A stretch of DNA of 34,287 nt from Dehalococcoidia bacterium. GTDB lineage: Bacteria > Chloroflexota > Dehalococcoidia > DSTF01 > RBG-16-68-14. The DNA is taken from NCBI GenBank assembly GCA_040882355.1, contig JBBEBM010000027.1, positions 1 to 34,287 of the forward strand. The letters run 5' to 3'. This document shows, in pieces, positions 8,519-16,453 of this stretch. Numbering within the stretch: the stretch's first letter is position 1; every line of letters begins with the position of its first letter. The position numbers and the translations under genes were made by a program. The notes below the pieces were generated by a model. It ran no database searches, was not told where the DNA came from, and saw nothing but the letters and a program-made list of their open reading frames with translations.

Positions 8519-8716
8519 CTAGCCGTACGGCAGAAGCTTGCGAAGGCGCTTGCTGACGCTCTTGTGGACCGGCATCATCTCGTCGAACTGGCCCTTCGCG
8601 CGGTGCGACTTCTTGCGGCGGTAGTTGTTGACGGCGATCTTGCGGCGCATGATCTTGCCCGTGCCGCTGATCCCCAGGCGGGCCTTCGCGCCCTTGTGTG
8701 TCTTCAGCTTCGGCAT
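8519..8716 (-). CDS. rpmI: 50S ribosomal protein L35
   Basis: MPKLKTHKGAKAR...SGTGKIMR...KLLPY; lies between infC and rplT. Confidence 0.96.
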   Translation of the reverse strand: MPKLKTHKGAKARLGISGTGKIMRRKIAVNNYRRKKSHRAKGQFDEMMPVHKSVSKRLRKLLPYG

Positions 8717-8717
8717 G

Positions 8718-9395
8718 TTATCCCTCTGACGCGACCGGCACTTCCGCCGGCGGCGTCTCTTCCGTTGCGGGCGCTAGGTCAACTGACGGCGACTCGACTA
8801 TCGCGGGCGCTTCGTCAACCGGAGGCGCCTCTTGAGTCGGTTCGGCCGCGCGCGCTTGCTTCGCTGGCTTGGGCTTCGGCTCCTTCAGCTTGCCCGGCGC
8901 CAGGATCATGTTGAAGAAGCGCCCCTCCATCGTCGGCGGCTTGTCGACCGTGCCGGCGTCGCCGACCTGCTCGGCCACGCGCTCTAGCAGGCCGCGCCCC
9001 AACTCCGGATGAACGATCTCGCGGCCCCGGAACATCACCGAGACCTTCACCTTGTCGCCTTCGCGCAGGAACTTGTCGGCCCGCCGGACCTTCATCTCCA
9101 GGTCGTGCGGGCTGATCTTGACTTTGAAGCGCACCTCGCGCAGCTCACCATGATGGTGCTGCTTGGGCGCGCCCCGGTCCTTCTTCGCCTGCTCGTACTT
9201 GTACTTGCCGTAGTCCAGGATGCGGCAGACGGGCGGCACCGACGTCGGCGAGACTTCGACCAAGTCGAGGTCTCGCTCCCGGGCCGCGGTCAGGGCGTCA
9301 GGCAGCGAGAGCACCCCCAGGCGTTCACCGCTGTCCGCGATCACAAGAACCTCGCGCGCGCGGATGCGCTCGTTCGTGCGGAGCTCGCGAACTAT
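8718..9395 (-). CDS. infC: Translation initiation factor IF-3, non-canonical ATA start, Ala/Glu/Pro-rich C-terminal tail
   Basis: Frame extends 17 codons upstream of the ORF-track start to ATA 9395 (IVRELRTNERIRAREVLVI) with a GAGGGTG SD; motifs LDLVEV, PPVCRILDYGKYKYE, FRGRE. Confidence 0.95.
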   Translation of the reverse strand: MVRELRTNERIRAREVLVIADSGERLGVLSLPDALTAARERDLDLVEVSPTSVPPVCRILDYGKYKYEQAKKDRGAPKQHHHGELREVRFKVKISPHDLEMKVRRADKFLREGDKVKVSVMFRGREIVHPELGRGLLERVAEQVGDAGTVDKPPTMEGRFFNMILAPGKLKEPKPKPAKQARAAEPTQEAPPVDEAPAIVESPSVDLAPATEETPPAEVPVASEG

Positions 9396-9444
9396 CCTCG
9401 CACCCTCGTCTCGGACCGCTTTGCCGACATACCTATCAGGGGGA

Positions 9445-9474
9445 ACTATAGCGAATGGGCGCGAAGCCCGTCAA
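9445..9474 (-). promoter_or_regulatory. Sigma70 promoter for infC-rpmI-rplT
   Basis: TTGACG (9474-9469)-18 nt-TATAGT (9450-9445). Confidence 0.6.
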
Positions 9475-9531
9475 TGGGGGCAGGACATAATCAAGCGGCC
9501 CAGAAACGCCCCCCTGCTACACTGAGCCGAG

Positions 9532-10812
9532 ATGCCCGAACGGCTCCCGAAGCTCCTCTCACAGCTAGCAACCCACCTCTCCGCACCGATGAGAGAGGCG
9601 CTGGACGCTGCAGTCTCGGTCGCGGCGGGCCGCGGCCTGGACCTCTACCTGGTCGGCGGCGGCGCGCGCGACCTCCTCCTGGGCGCCGCGCACGTCGATG
9701 TCGACCTCGTGGTGGAGGGTGACGCCATCGGGCTGGCGTCAGCGCTCGGCGGGGCGTTGGGCGCGCGTGTTGTCGCGCATCCGCGATTCGGCACGGCGGT
9801 CGTCAAGGGCGAGGGCTTCCGCCTCGACCTGGCGCAGGCACGGAGCGAGGCCTACGAGCGACCGGGCGCGCTGCCTGTCGTGCGGCCGGCCCGCCTCGAC
9901 GACGACCTCGCGCGTCGGGACTTCACGGTCAACGCGCTGGCGCTCCGGCTCACCGGCGCCCAGCGCGGCGAGCTCATCGACCCGCACGGCGGACGGGCGG
10001 ACGTCGATGGACGCGTCGTGCGCGTCCTCCACGACGAGAGCTTCCGCGACGACGCGACGCGCATCCTGCGGGCGCTGCGCTACGCGGGCCGCCTGGGTTT
10101 CGACATTGAGCGCCACACCGAGGCGCTGCTCCGGCGCGACACCGCCTACCTCGACACGATCAGCGGCGCCCGCCTCCGTCACGAGTTCGAGCTGATCGCC
10201 GAGGAGGAGCGGGCGTCGACAATCGTTGGTCGCGCGGATGAGCTTGGTGTGGTTACCGCCGTTCACGCGGCGTTGCGCGCAGGCGAGCGCGAGCTGCGCA
10301 CGCTCGAGCGCCTGCCCGGCCTCGCGCGATCGCATCGAGACGCCGCGCTCTTCTGTGTGGTGCTCGCCCGGGCGACCGCGAAAGACGCTGAAGGTGCCAT
10401 CGAACGGCTGCACCTGACCGGCCGTCAGGCAGAGGCCGTGCGCGCGTTGCTCGCGCTGCGCGACCATGAGCCGGCGCTCGCGCGGCCGGACCTCCGCCCG
10501 AGCGAAGCGGTCGCGCTGCTCTCTGCGACACCGCTCGCGGCAATCGAGGCGTTCGCGCTTGTCGCAGGGCAGCCGCTCGCAGGCGACCGTGCGCGGCGTT
10601 ACGTCTCCGAGTGGCGTCACATCCGGCCGCGCCTGAACGGTCGCGACATCGAGGCACTCGGCGTGCCACACGGCCCGAAGATCGGCGAGGCGCTGGCGCT
10701 ATTGCACGAGGCGCGTCTGGACGGGCGCACGCAGAATCGCGAGGATGAGATCGAGCTGGTACGCACGGCGCTCCCGAAGGACGAACGGCTCGTGGGAGCG
10801 CGACGTGGCTGA
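9532..10812 (+). CDS. cca: Class II tRNA nucleotidyltransferase (CCA-adding family, possibly A-adding subtype)
   Basis: LVGGGARDLLLG, DVDLVV, FGTA, ARSEAYERPGALP, DLARRDFTVNALA, DDATRILRALRY, C-terminal LNGRDI...GPKIG; TGcTACACT 8 nt before the ATG. Confidence 0.9.
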   Translation: MPERLPKLLSQLATHLSAPMREALDAAVSVAAGRGLDLYLVGGGARDLLLGAAHVDVDLVVEGDAIGLASALGGALGARVVAHPRFGTAVVKGEGFRLDLAQARSEAYERPGALPVVRPARLDDDLARRDFTVNALALRLTGAQRGELIDPHGGRADVDGRVVRVLHDESFRDDATRILRALRYAGRLGFDIERHTEALLRRDTAYLDTISGARLRHEFELIAEEERASTIVGRADELGVVTAVHAALRAGERELRTLERLPGLARSHRDAALFCVVLARATAKDAEGAIERLHLTGRQAEAVRALLALRDHEPALARPDLRPSEAVALLSATPLAAIEAFALVAGQPLAGDRARRYVSEWRHIRPRLNGRDIEALGVPHGPKIGEALALLHEARLDGRTQNREDEIELVRTALPKDERLVGARRG

Positions 10813-11083
10813 ATCGCTGACGTGCGCCGTCTGCGGCGAAGCGACCGACGAACGCGCGTCGTCGATCTGCAGCAACTGCGGCGAGCGCTTCCACCTCAAC
10901 CCGCGCAACGACGTGCCCGGTAAGGACTGCGGCACCGTCTGGATCAACGACAACCACCTCGCGCTGGAGTTCGCCTGCCAGCGCTGCCTCGATGCCAACA
11001 GCCAGCCTGAGCCAGCGCTGGCGCCTCGACCGCGCATCCTGCGGCCGCAGGTCGGGCGGCGGCGCTACCGGAAGAAGACGTAG
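10805..11083 (+). CDS. Small Cys/His-rich zinc-finger protein (Cys4-His-Cys3, PHD-like) with basic tail
   Basis: GTG 10805 with GGGAG SD, overlapping the cca stop; C7xxC10, C22xxC25, H30, C42, C58xxC61; tail RRRYRKKT. Confidence 0.75.
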   Translation: MAESLTCAVCGEATDERASSICSNCGERFHLNPRNDVPGKDCGTVWINDNHLALEFACQRCLDANSQPEPALAPRPRILRPQVGRRRYRKKT

Positions 11084-11085
11084 CG

Positions 11086-11433
11086 ATGGTCGAGGAACAG
11101 GTCAGCCGTAAGCGCCGCCGTCGCAGGCGCCGCGGCAGCGGCCCACGGAATGACGCGCTGGCTCCGACGACCGCATCGCCGGAGAGCGCGCCGCGTCGGC
11201 CTGATGCCACGCGCCCCTTCAGCGACTGGCAGTGGCTCACCTTCCCGGTCTTCTTCGCCTTCGTCCTGGGCGCGTTCCTGATGCTGCTCTTCGTAGCGCC
11301 GGAAGATCCAGACACGGGCGAAGCGCCGCTCTACTACCAGGTGCTCTTCCTGGTTTTCCTGGCGGCCGTCGCCTTCTGCCTGCTCCACGTCACCGTGCGC
11401 TTCGCGCGCTGGTGGCTGAGGGAGCGGGGCTAG
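11086..11433 (+). CDS. Small membrane protein with Arg-rich N-terminus and two TM helices
   Basis: RKRRRRRRR tract; hydrophobic segments FPVFFAFVLGAFLMLLFV and VLFLVFLAAVAFCLLHV; starts 2 nt after the previous stop. Confidence 0.7.
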   Translation: MVEEQVSRKRRRRRRRGSGPRNDALAPTTASPESAPRRPDATRPFSDWQWLTFPVFFAFVLGAFLMLLFVAPEDPDTGEAPLYYQVLFLVFLAAVAFCLLHVTVRFARWWLRERG

Positions 11434-13089
11434 CTACTCCCGGCGCCTGAGGCTGCGGATGAGAAGTTCCATGCCCTCTCGAGAGTCATACGGGCTCGCC
11501 GTGCAGGTTCGGCCGCAGGCGCTAGGCGCGTCGACGTCAACGATGGCGTCACCAAGGTCGATGCGGGCGGCGTGGTGGGTGGCTGGTGGGCACGTGCCCG
11601 GTGTTGACGGTGGGGCTGAGTCATCCGGACGAGCGAAGACCGTGGCGGCCCTACCCCCTATCGTGACCTCCGCCCGCTCGACGCACTCACCATCCCACCA
11701 GTTGCCACCACGCGACTGTGCGACGAATGCCTGCCAGTCCTCGGGCGTGTACAGCGTGATCGTGACGAGGGGAGGGCCGAACTCGTCGGCGGCGGAGCGG
11801 TAGTAGATCTGCGCCGTGAAGGGCTCGGGCACTCGGTCCGGTACTGGCGCCACCCGATCAAGCGCCAGAGTTGGGAAATCGGCCGTGGCCCCGAACTGCC
11901 GGCCCAACCAGTAGACGGGCCCTCCTACGTCGCCCGCTAGCAGAGGCTCCTCCGGGTCTTCCTCGACGTAGCCAAGCGCGATCGGGTCGAAGAAGTCCTC
12001 CGGCAGCGTGTCAAGGCGGACGAAGTCGTACGCCACAGGAATATCAGAGCTCACCGGGTGGATCGTGCCCACGTCCAGCGTGCCCTCCTGCGTGGTCCCC
12101 AACGGCAGGTACGTCTCCGGGTCGAAGTAGGACCGAGTCGTCGTTTCATACGTCTCGTCTGAGCCGCGCGAGGTTCCTGACTGCGTCATCGCCAGCGCTG
12201 CGTTGCCGCGATAGGTCTGGTCCCATTCGACGTAGCTTTCGAGCTCGGCCAGGGGATTGTTGCACACGGTGGAAATCGCGGCTGCAGCCAGATCAGGGCA
12301 TAACGCCCGCTGCTTATTCACTCGAATGGGGTCGCTGTCCGTGTCCGGTGGGTCAGTCTCCTGCCGCGTGTAGAGAGCGTCGCCGACGGTTAATGCCACA
12401 ATGCGATACTCGGGGACGATTTCACCTGACTCGCTGGCCTCGTCCAAGACCTCCTCGGAGATGAACCTGCCGGTGGTTTCCGCGCGACTGCGTCCCCCTA
12501 TCTCATCTGTCCAAAGCTCGGTCTCGTTGTGCTGGCTGTATGGGCCCGAGTCGGTGTCGCCAGCCATTCGGACGTGTAACGCATAACCTGTGCAGGTTCG
12601 AGCCTGCGACACCCTGGCCTGTATCTCCTGGAGAGTCAGGTCGCGCTCGTTCGGATCGAATCGCGGCTGCTCACGCGTTGGGCAGGACGCCGCAACGGCG
12701 GGAAGGCCATCGGCCTCGCTATCCGCTCGCAGCAACAGAAACGCTATCACCCCCAGCCCGGCGAGCAGCGCCACGACCAGCGTGATCGACGCCGCGAGCG
12801 CGACGGGCGCCGCCTTGCCGGGCAGCATGCGGCGGACGCCGCGCCAGAACGAGGCCAGCGGCGAAACGGCCGCCGCCCACCAGGGCGGGCGCTCCGGCCA
12901 GTAGGCGGCCTCCCTTCGGTTGCGCACGCCCAGCTTGCCGATGATCTCCGAGACGTGGTACTTCGCGCCGTCCGCGCTGATGTCGAGACGCTCGCCGATC
13001 TCCGCGTTGGTGAGCCCCAGGCGCAGCAGGTCGAGCACCTCGCGTTCGCGAGGCGTCAGGAGCTGGTCGAGGTCGGGGTGTGTCGCCAT
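11434..13089 (-). CDS. Membrane-anchored LuxR-type HTH protein with large extracytoplasmic domain
   Basis: LTPREREVLDLLRLGLTNAEIGERLDISADGAKYHVSEIIGKLGVRNR (LuxR HTH), then a TM helix (VALAASITLVVALLAGLGVIAFLLL) and about 430 aa of acidic domain with paired Cys. Confidence 0.85.
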   Translation of the reverse strand: MATHPDLDQLLTPREREVLDLLRLGLTNAEIGERLDISADGAKYHVSEIIGKLGVRNRREAAYWPERPPWWAAAVSPLASFWRGVRRMLPGKAAPVALAASITLVVALLAGLGVIAFLLLRADSEADGLPAVAASCPTREQPRFDPNERDLTLQEIQARVSQARTCTGYALHVRMAGDTDSGPYSQHNETELWTDEIGGRSRAETTGRFISEEVLDEASESGEIVPEYRIVALTVGDALYTRQETDPPDTDSDPIRVNKQRALCPDLAAAAISTVCNNPLAELESYVEWDQTYRGNAALAMTQSGTSRGSDETYETTTRSYFDPETYLPLGTTQEGTLDVGTIHPVSSDIPVAYDFVRLDTLPEDFFDPIALGYVEEDPEEPLLAGDVGGPVYWLGRQFGATADFPTLALDRVAPVPDRVPEPFTAQIYYRSAADEFGPPLVTITLYTPEDWQAFVAQSRGGNWWDGECVERAEVTIGGRAATVFARPDDSAPPSTPGTCPPATHHAARIDLGDAIVDVDAPSACGRTCTASPYDSREGMELLIRSLRRRE

Positions 13090-13128
13090 CTCGTGGGTAG
13101 TGTAGACGAGTCCTGCCTGCGGACGCCC

Positions 13129-13145
13129 TACCCGAAAGCTGGGTA
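13129..13145. promoter_or_regulatory. Candidate operator palindrome TACCC-N7-GGGTA upstream of the LuxR-HTH gene
   Basis: tacccgaaagctgggta; minus-strand -10 TACACT at 13104-13099. Confidence 0.45.
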
Positions 13146-13152
13146 AAGCTGG

Positions 13153-13620
13153 CTAGCCGAGCTCGCGCACGATCCAGGTGGACGGCGAGCGTTCGGGCGG
13201 CGCAGGCCACTCGGCCTGGGTGAGCGGTCGATAGCCGAGGCGGAGCCAGAAGTAGAGCACGAGACCCAACTCGGCGGGCACAGCGACGTAGATGCGCTCC
13301 GCCTTCTTGGCGAGACGCTGCTCCAGCGCCAGCGCCGCCCGCCCGCCGATGCCGAGGCGTCGTCGCTGGGGCGCGACGAACAGCGCCCGCACGTTCGCGG
13401 CGTCGGGCAGCGGCGAGCCAATTTCGCACTGCAGGACTCCGGCGGGATCTTCTTCGATCGCGACGAGGATGTCGGCCGCGCCGGCGGCACGTAGCGCACC
13501 CGGGTCAGCGAAGCGCTCGCAGTCGATCGATTTCGCCGCGTCCGGGAGCCACGCAGAGAGCGATTCGACGTCGCCCTTGCGCAGCGGCCGCAGCTCCACT
13601 AGCGCTCCTGAGCGAGCCAC
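13153..13620 (-). CDS. GNAT-family N-acetyltransferase
   Basis: Acetyl-CoA motif FVAPQRRRLGIG and 'FWLRLGY'; overlaps the end of dinG. Confidence 0.8.
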   Translation of the reverse strand: MARSGALVELRPLRKGDVESLSAWLPDAAKSIDCERFADPGALRAAGAADILVAIEEDPAGVLQCEIGSPLPDAANVRALFVAPQRRRLGIGGRAALALEQRLAKKAERIYVAVPAELGLVLYFWLRLGYRPLTQAEWPAPPERSPSTWIVRELG

Positions 13621-16385
13621 TGCTCGAGCAGGTCGGGCATCTCGCGCAGCGGGACGCGCTTTACGGTGCAGGCGGGCAGCGAGCGCAGGAACGCCTGGCC
13701 ATACGACTTGCTCTGCACCCGCCCATCGAGCACGACCATCACTCCGCGGTCGCTCTTGCGCCGGATCAGCCGGCCGAAGCCCTGCTTGAAACGCAGGGCG
13801 GCCTGCGGAACCGCGTACTCGTTGAAGGCGTCCTCGTACAGCTCGGAGCGCGCCTGGAAGATCGGGTCGCTCGGGACGGAGAAGGGCAGGCGCGTGATCA
13901 CCAGCAGCGACAGCGCTTCGCCGACGACGTCGACGCCCTCCCAGAAGCTGGCGGTGCCGAGCACGACGGTGTGCGAGTGCTCGCGGAGCGATTGCGTCAG
14001 GTGGCGCGGCGAGCCGTCGATGTTGTGCCCGAGGACGAGGATCTGGTCCTCCTGCAGCTCCTTCTTGATCCCGGCATGGGCCGCCCGCAGGCTGGCGTGC
14101 GAGGTGAAGAGCGCCAGCGCCCGGCCCTGACTCGCGCGGACGAGGTCGATCAACGCGCGTTGGAGCGCGGCCATGTAGCCGGCCTGGTTCGGCTCCGGCA
14201 TGTCCTGCGGTACCAGCACCAGCGTCGACCGGGCGTAATCGAAAGGCGAGCCGAGCTGCAACTCGTTGGCTTCTTCCAGGCCGAGGCTGCGTCGCATGTA
14301 GTCGAACTTGCCTTCCGCGGTGAGTGTGGCGCTGGTGAGCACCGCCGTCTCCTTCTGCGAGAACAGCCGCTTCTCCAGGATGTCAGCGACCTGAAGGGGC
14401 GCGCTCGATAGGCCGATGCCCTCGGACGAGCGGCCCTGCGAAAGCCAGCAGACCGTGCCGGCGTCGTCGCGCAACACGACGTCAGCGACGCCGCGCCGCA
14501 GCAGCTCGCCCATCACGATCAGCTCCGCTGCCTCGCCGAGCTGCGACTCGTAGTCGAGCATGGCGCGCACGTCGGGCGCCTGGAGCTTGTCGTAGACCTC
14601 CTCCAGCGCCAGCAGCACCTCGCCGAACGTCGCGCTCAGGTTCTCCCACGCCAGCTCGACGTCGGCCCAGTCGGGCTGGACGCGCATCGCGCGGCTGAGG
14701 AGCAGCCGGTCGTCGTAGTTGTCGCCGCCGGGGCCCTGCTGGCGCAGGAACCCGCCCAGTCGCAGGAAGAAGTCGGGCAGGCGCTCGCGGGCGCGCCCGA
14801 CCGCCTCCTCAGTCTTCGACGCCGCCTCGAGCACGTCGTGCGTCGCCGCGAGCTGCGCCGCCCGGCCACGAGCGGCGTTGCGCAGACTCTGCACCAGCCC
14901 ACCGCCGCGGCTCGATACGCGATCGAGGAACGTCGCGACGTCGCCTTCCTGGGCGTGGAAGCCGAACTGGTCCGTCGCCTCCGACTCCAAGTGCTGCGCC
15001 TCGTCGATCACGAGGTGGTCGTAGTCGGGGATCACGCCGCCGCCGACAGCAACGTCGGAGAGCAGGAGAGCGTGGTTCACGATCAGCACGTGGGCTGCCT
15101 CAGCCCGCTTGCGAGCGCGGAGCAGGAAGCATGAGCCGTCTTTCACGTACGCGCAGGGCGTGGCGAGACAGGCCTCGTTCTGGGCGCTCAGCCTCGCCCA
15201 GACGAACTCCTCGCTCTGCGAAAGGCGCAGCTCGGCCTTGTCGCCGGTGTCGGTGTTGGGCAGCCAGAGGAGGAGCCGCACGAGCAGGCGCGCCTCGTCG
15301 TTCGTGAGCGACGGCGAGCGGCGCAGGTTCGCCCAGCGCAGCAGGCAGAGGTAGTTGCGGCGCCCCTTGAGCTGCGCCGCCCGCAGCTCGGCCCCTTCGC
15401 CCAACAGCCGCTGCACGATAGGGATGTCCTGCCCCATGATCTGCTCCTGCAGGTTGATCGTGTTCGTCGAGACGACGACGCGCGAATCGTTTTGGAGCGC
15501 GTAGCGCGCGGCGGGCACGAGGTACGCCAGCGACTTGCCGATGCCCGTGCCGGCTTCGACGAGCAGATGCTCGCTCTGGTTGAGGGCGGCTGTGACCGCG
15601 CGCGCCATCGCCACCTGCTCCGGCCGCTCTTCAAAGCCCTCGATCGCCTCGCGCGCCTTCGTGGTGAGCAGCGCCTCCACGTCGTCCGGGTCGACGAGCT
15701 CGACGGCGTCGTCGTCGGGCCGCAGCGACGGGCCGTACTCCGACGGCGGCCGCACCGCGCCGTGGACGAGGCCCGGCGTTTCGGCGATCAGGCCCGACGC
15801 CACTTCGTCGGCGACCTCCTGCAGCAGATGGCGCAGCGGCCAGTCGGTGATGGCGGCGACGCGCTTCGCTTCCGCGAGGAGCGCCGGCGGCATCGCGGCG
15901 AGCCGGGCGCGCATCGCGAGGAAGACGAGTCGCGCGGCGTCGGCGTCGGCGAGGGCGCGGTGCGGCGTGAACTCGATGCCCAGGTGACAGGCGATGGCGC
16001 GCAGGTTGTGCTCGACCAGGCCAGGCAGTAGGAGGCTCGCCATCTCCTGGGTGTCGAAGACGGGCCCGGGCGGCCGCAGGCGCGATCGCTCCAGGAAGCT
16101 GAGGTCGAACGCGACGTTCTGGCCGACGACAGGGTCGTTGCCGATGAACGCCTCGAGGTCGGCCGCGACTTCCGCAAAGAGGGGCGCGCCTTTCACGTCG
16201 GCGTTGCTGATGCCGGTGAGGCGCTCGATGCGATAGGGGATGGTCTGCTTGGGGTCGACGAAGGTCTGAAAGGTCTCGCTGTCGCCGTCCGTACCGAAGC
16301 GGATGGCGCCCACCTCCATGATGGCGTCACGTTCGGGATCGAGGCCGGTGGTCTCTAGGTCGAGGGCAACGTAGGTGCGGGGCAT
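13599..16385 (-). CDS. dinG: DnaQ-like 3'-5' exonuclease / DinG-family helicase fusion
   Basis: N-terminal DLETTG...HRALADA (DEDDh); Q motif RPEQ, EAGTGIGKS, LKGRRNYLC, DEAQH, TSATL, FWEGVD, QGFGRLIR. Confidence 0.93.
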   Translation of the reverse strand: MPRTYVALDLETTGLDPERDAIMEVGAIRFGTDGDSETFQTFVDPKQTIPYRIERLTGISNADVKGAPLFAEVAADLEAFIGNDPVVGQNVAFDLSFLERSRLRPPGPVFDTQEMASLLLPGLVEHNLRAIACHLGIEFTPHRALADADAARLVFLAMRARLAAMPPALLAEAKRVAAITDWPLRHLLQEVADEVASGLIAETPGLVHGAVRPPSEYGPSLRPDDDAVELVDPDDVEALLTTKAREAIEGFEERPEQVAMARAVTAALNQSEHLLVEAGTGIGKSLAYLVPAARYALQNDSRVVVSTNTINLQEQIMGQDIPIVQRLLGEGAELRAAQLKGRRNYLCLLRWANLRRSPSLTNDEARLLVRLLLWLPNTDTGDKAELRLSQSEEFVWARLSAQNEACLATPCAYVKDGSCFLLRARKRAEAAHVLIVNHALLLSDVAVGGGVIPDYDHLVIDEAQHLESEATDQFGFHAQEGDVATFLDRVSSRGGGLVQSLRNAARGRAAQLAATHDVLEAASKTEEAVGRARERLPDFFLRLGGFLRQQGPGGDNYDDRLLLSRAMRVQPDWADVELAWENLSATFGEVLLALEEVYDKLQAPDVRAMLDYESQLGEAAELIVMGELLRRGVADVVLRDDAGTVCWLSQGRSSEGIGLSSAPLQVADILEKRLFSQKETAVLTSATLTAEGKFDYMRRSLGLEEANELQLGSPFDYARSTLVLVPQDMPEPNQAGYMAALQRALIDLVRASQGRALALFTSHASLRAAHAGIKKELQEDQILVLGHNIDGSPRHLTQSLREHSHTVVLGTASFWEGVDVVGEALSLLVITRLPFSVPSDPIFQARSELYEDAFNEYAVPQAALRFKQGFGRLIRRKSDRGVMVVLDGRVQSKSYGQAFLRSLPACTVKRVPLREMPDLLEQWLAQER

Positions 16386-16453
16386 GCGGCTCCTTCGCGC
16401 GTCGACGCTATTCTAGCACGGGTCTTGCGGGCAGAACAAATGGGCGAACAGGG

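Noticed and set aside
9396..9440. L20 leader RNA upstream of infC
   Set aside because: The leader is only about 45 nt and shows no recognisable L20-leader structure.
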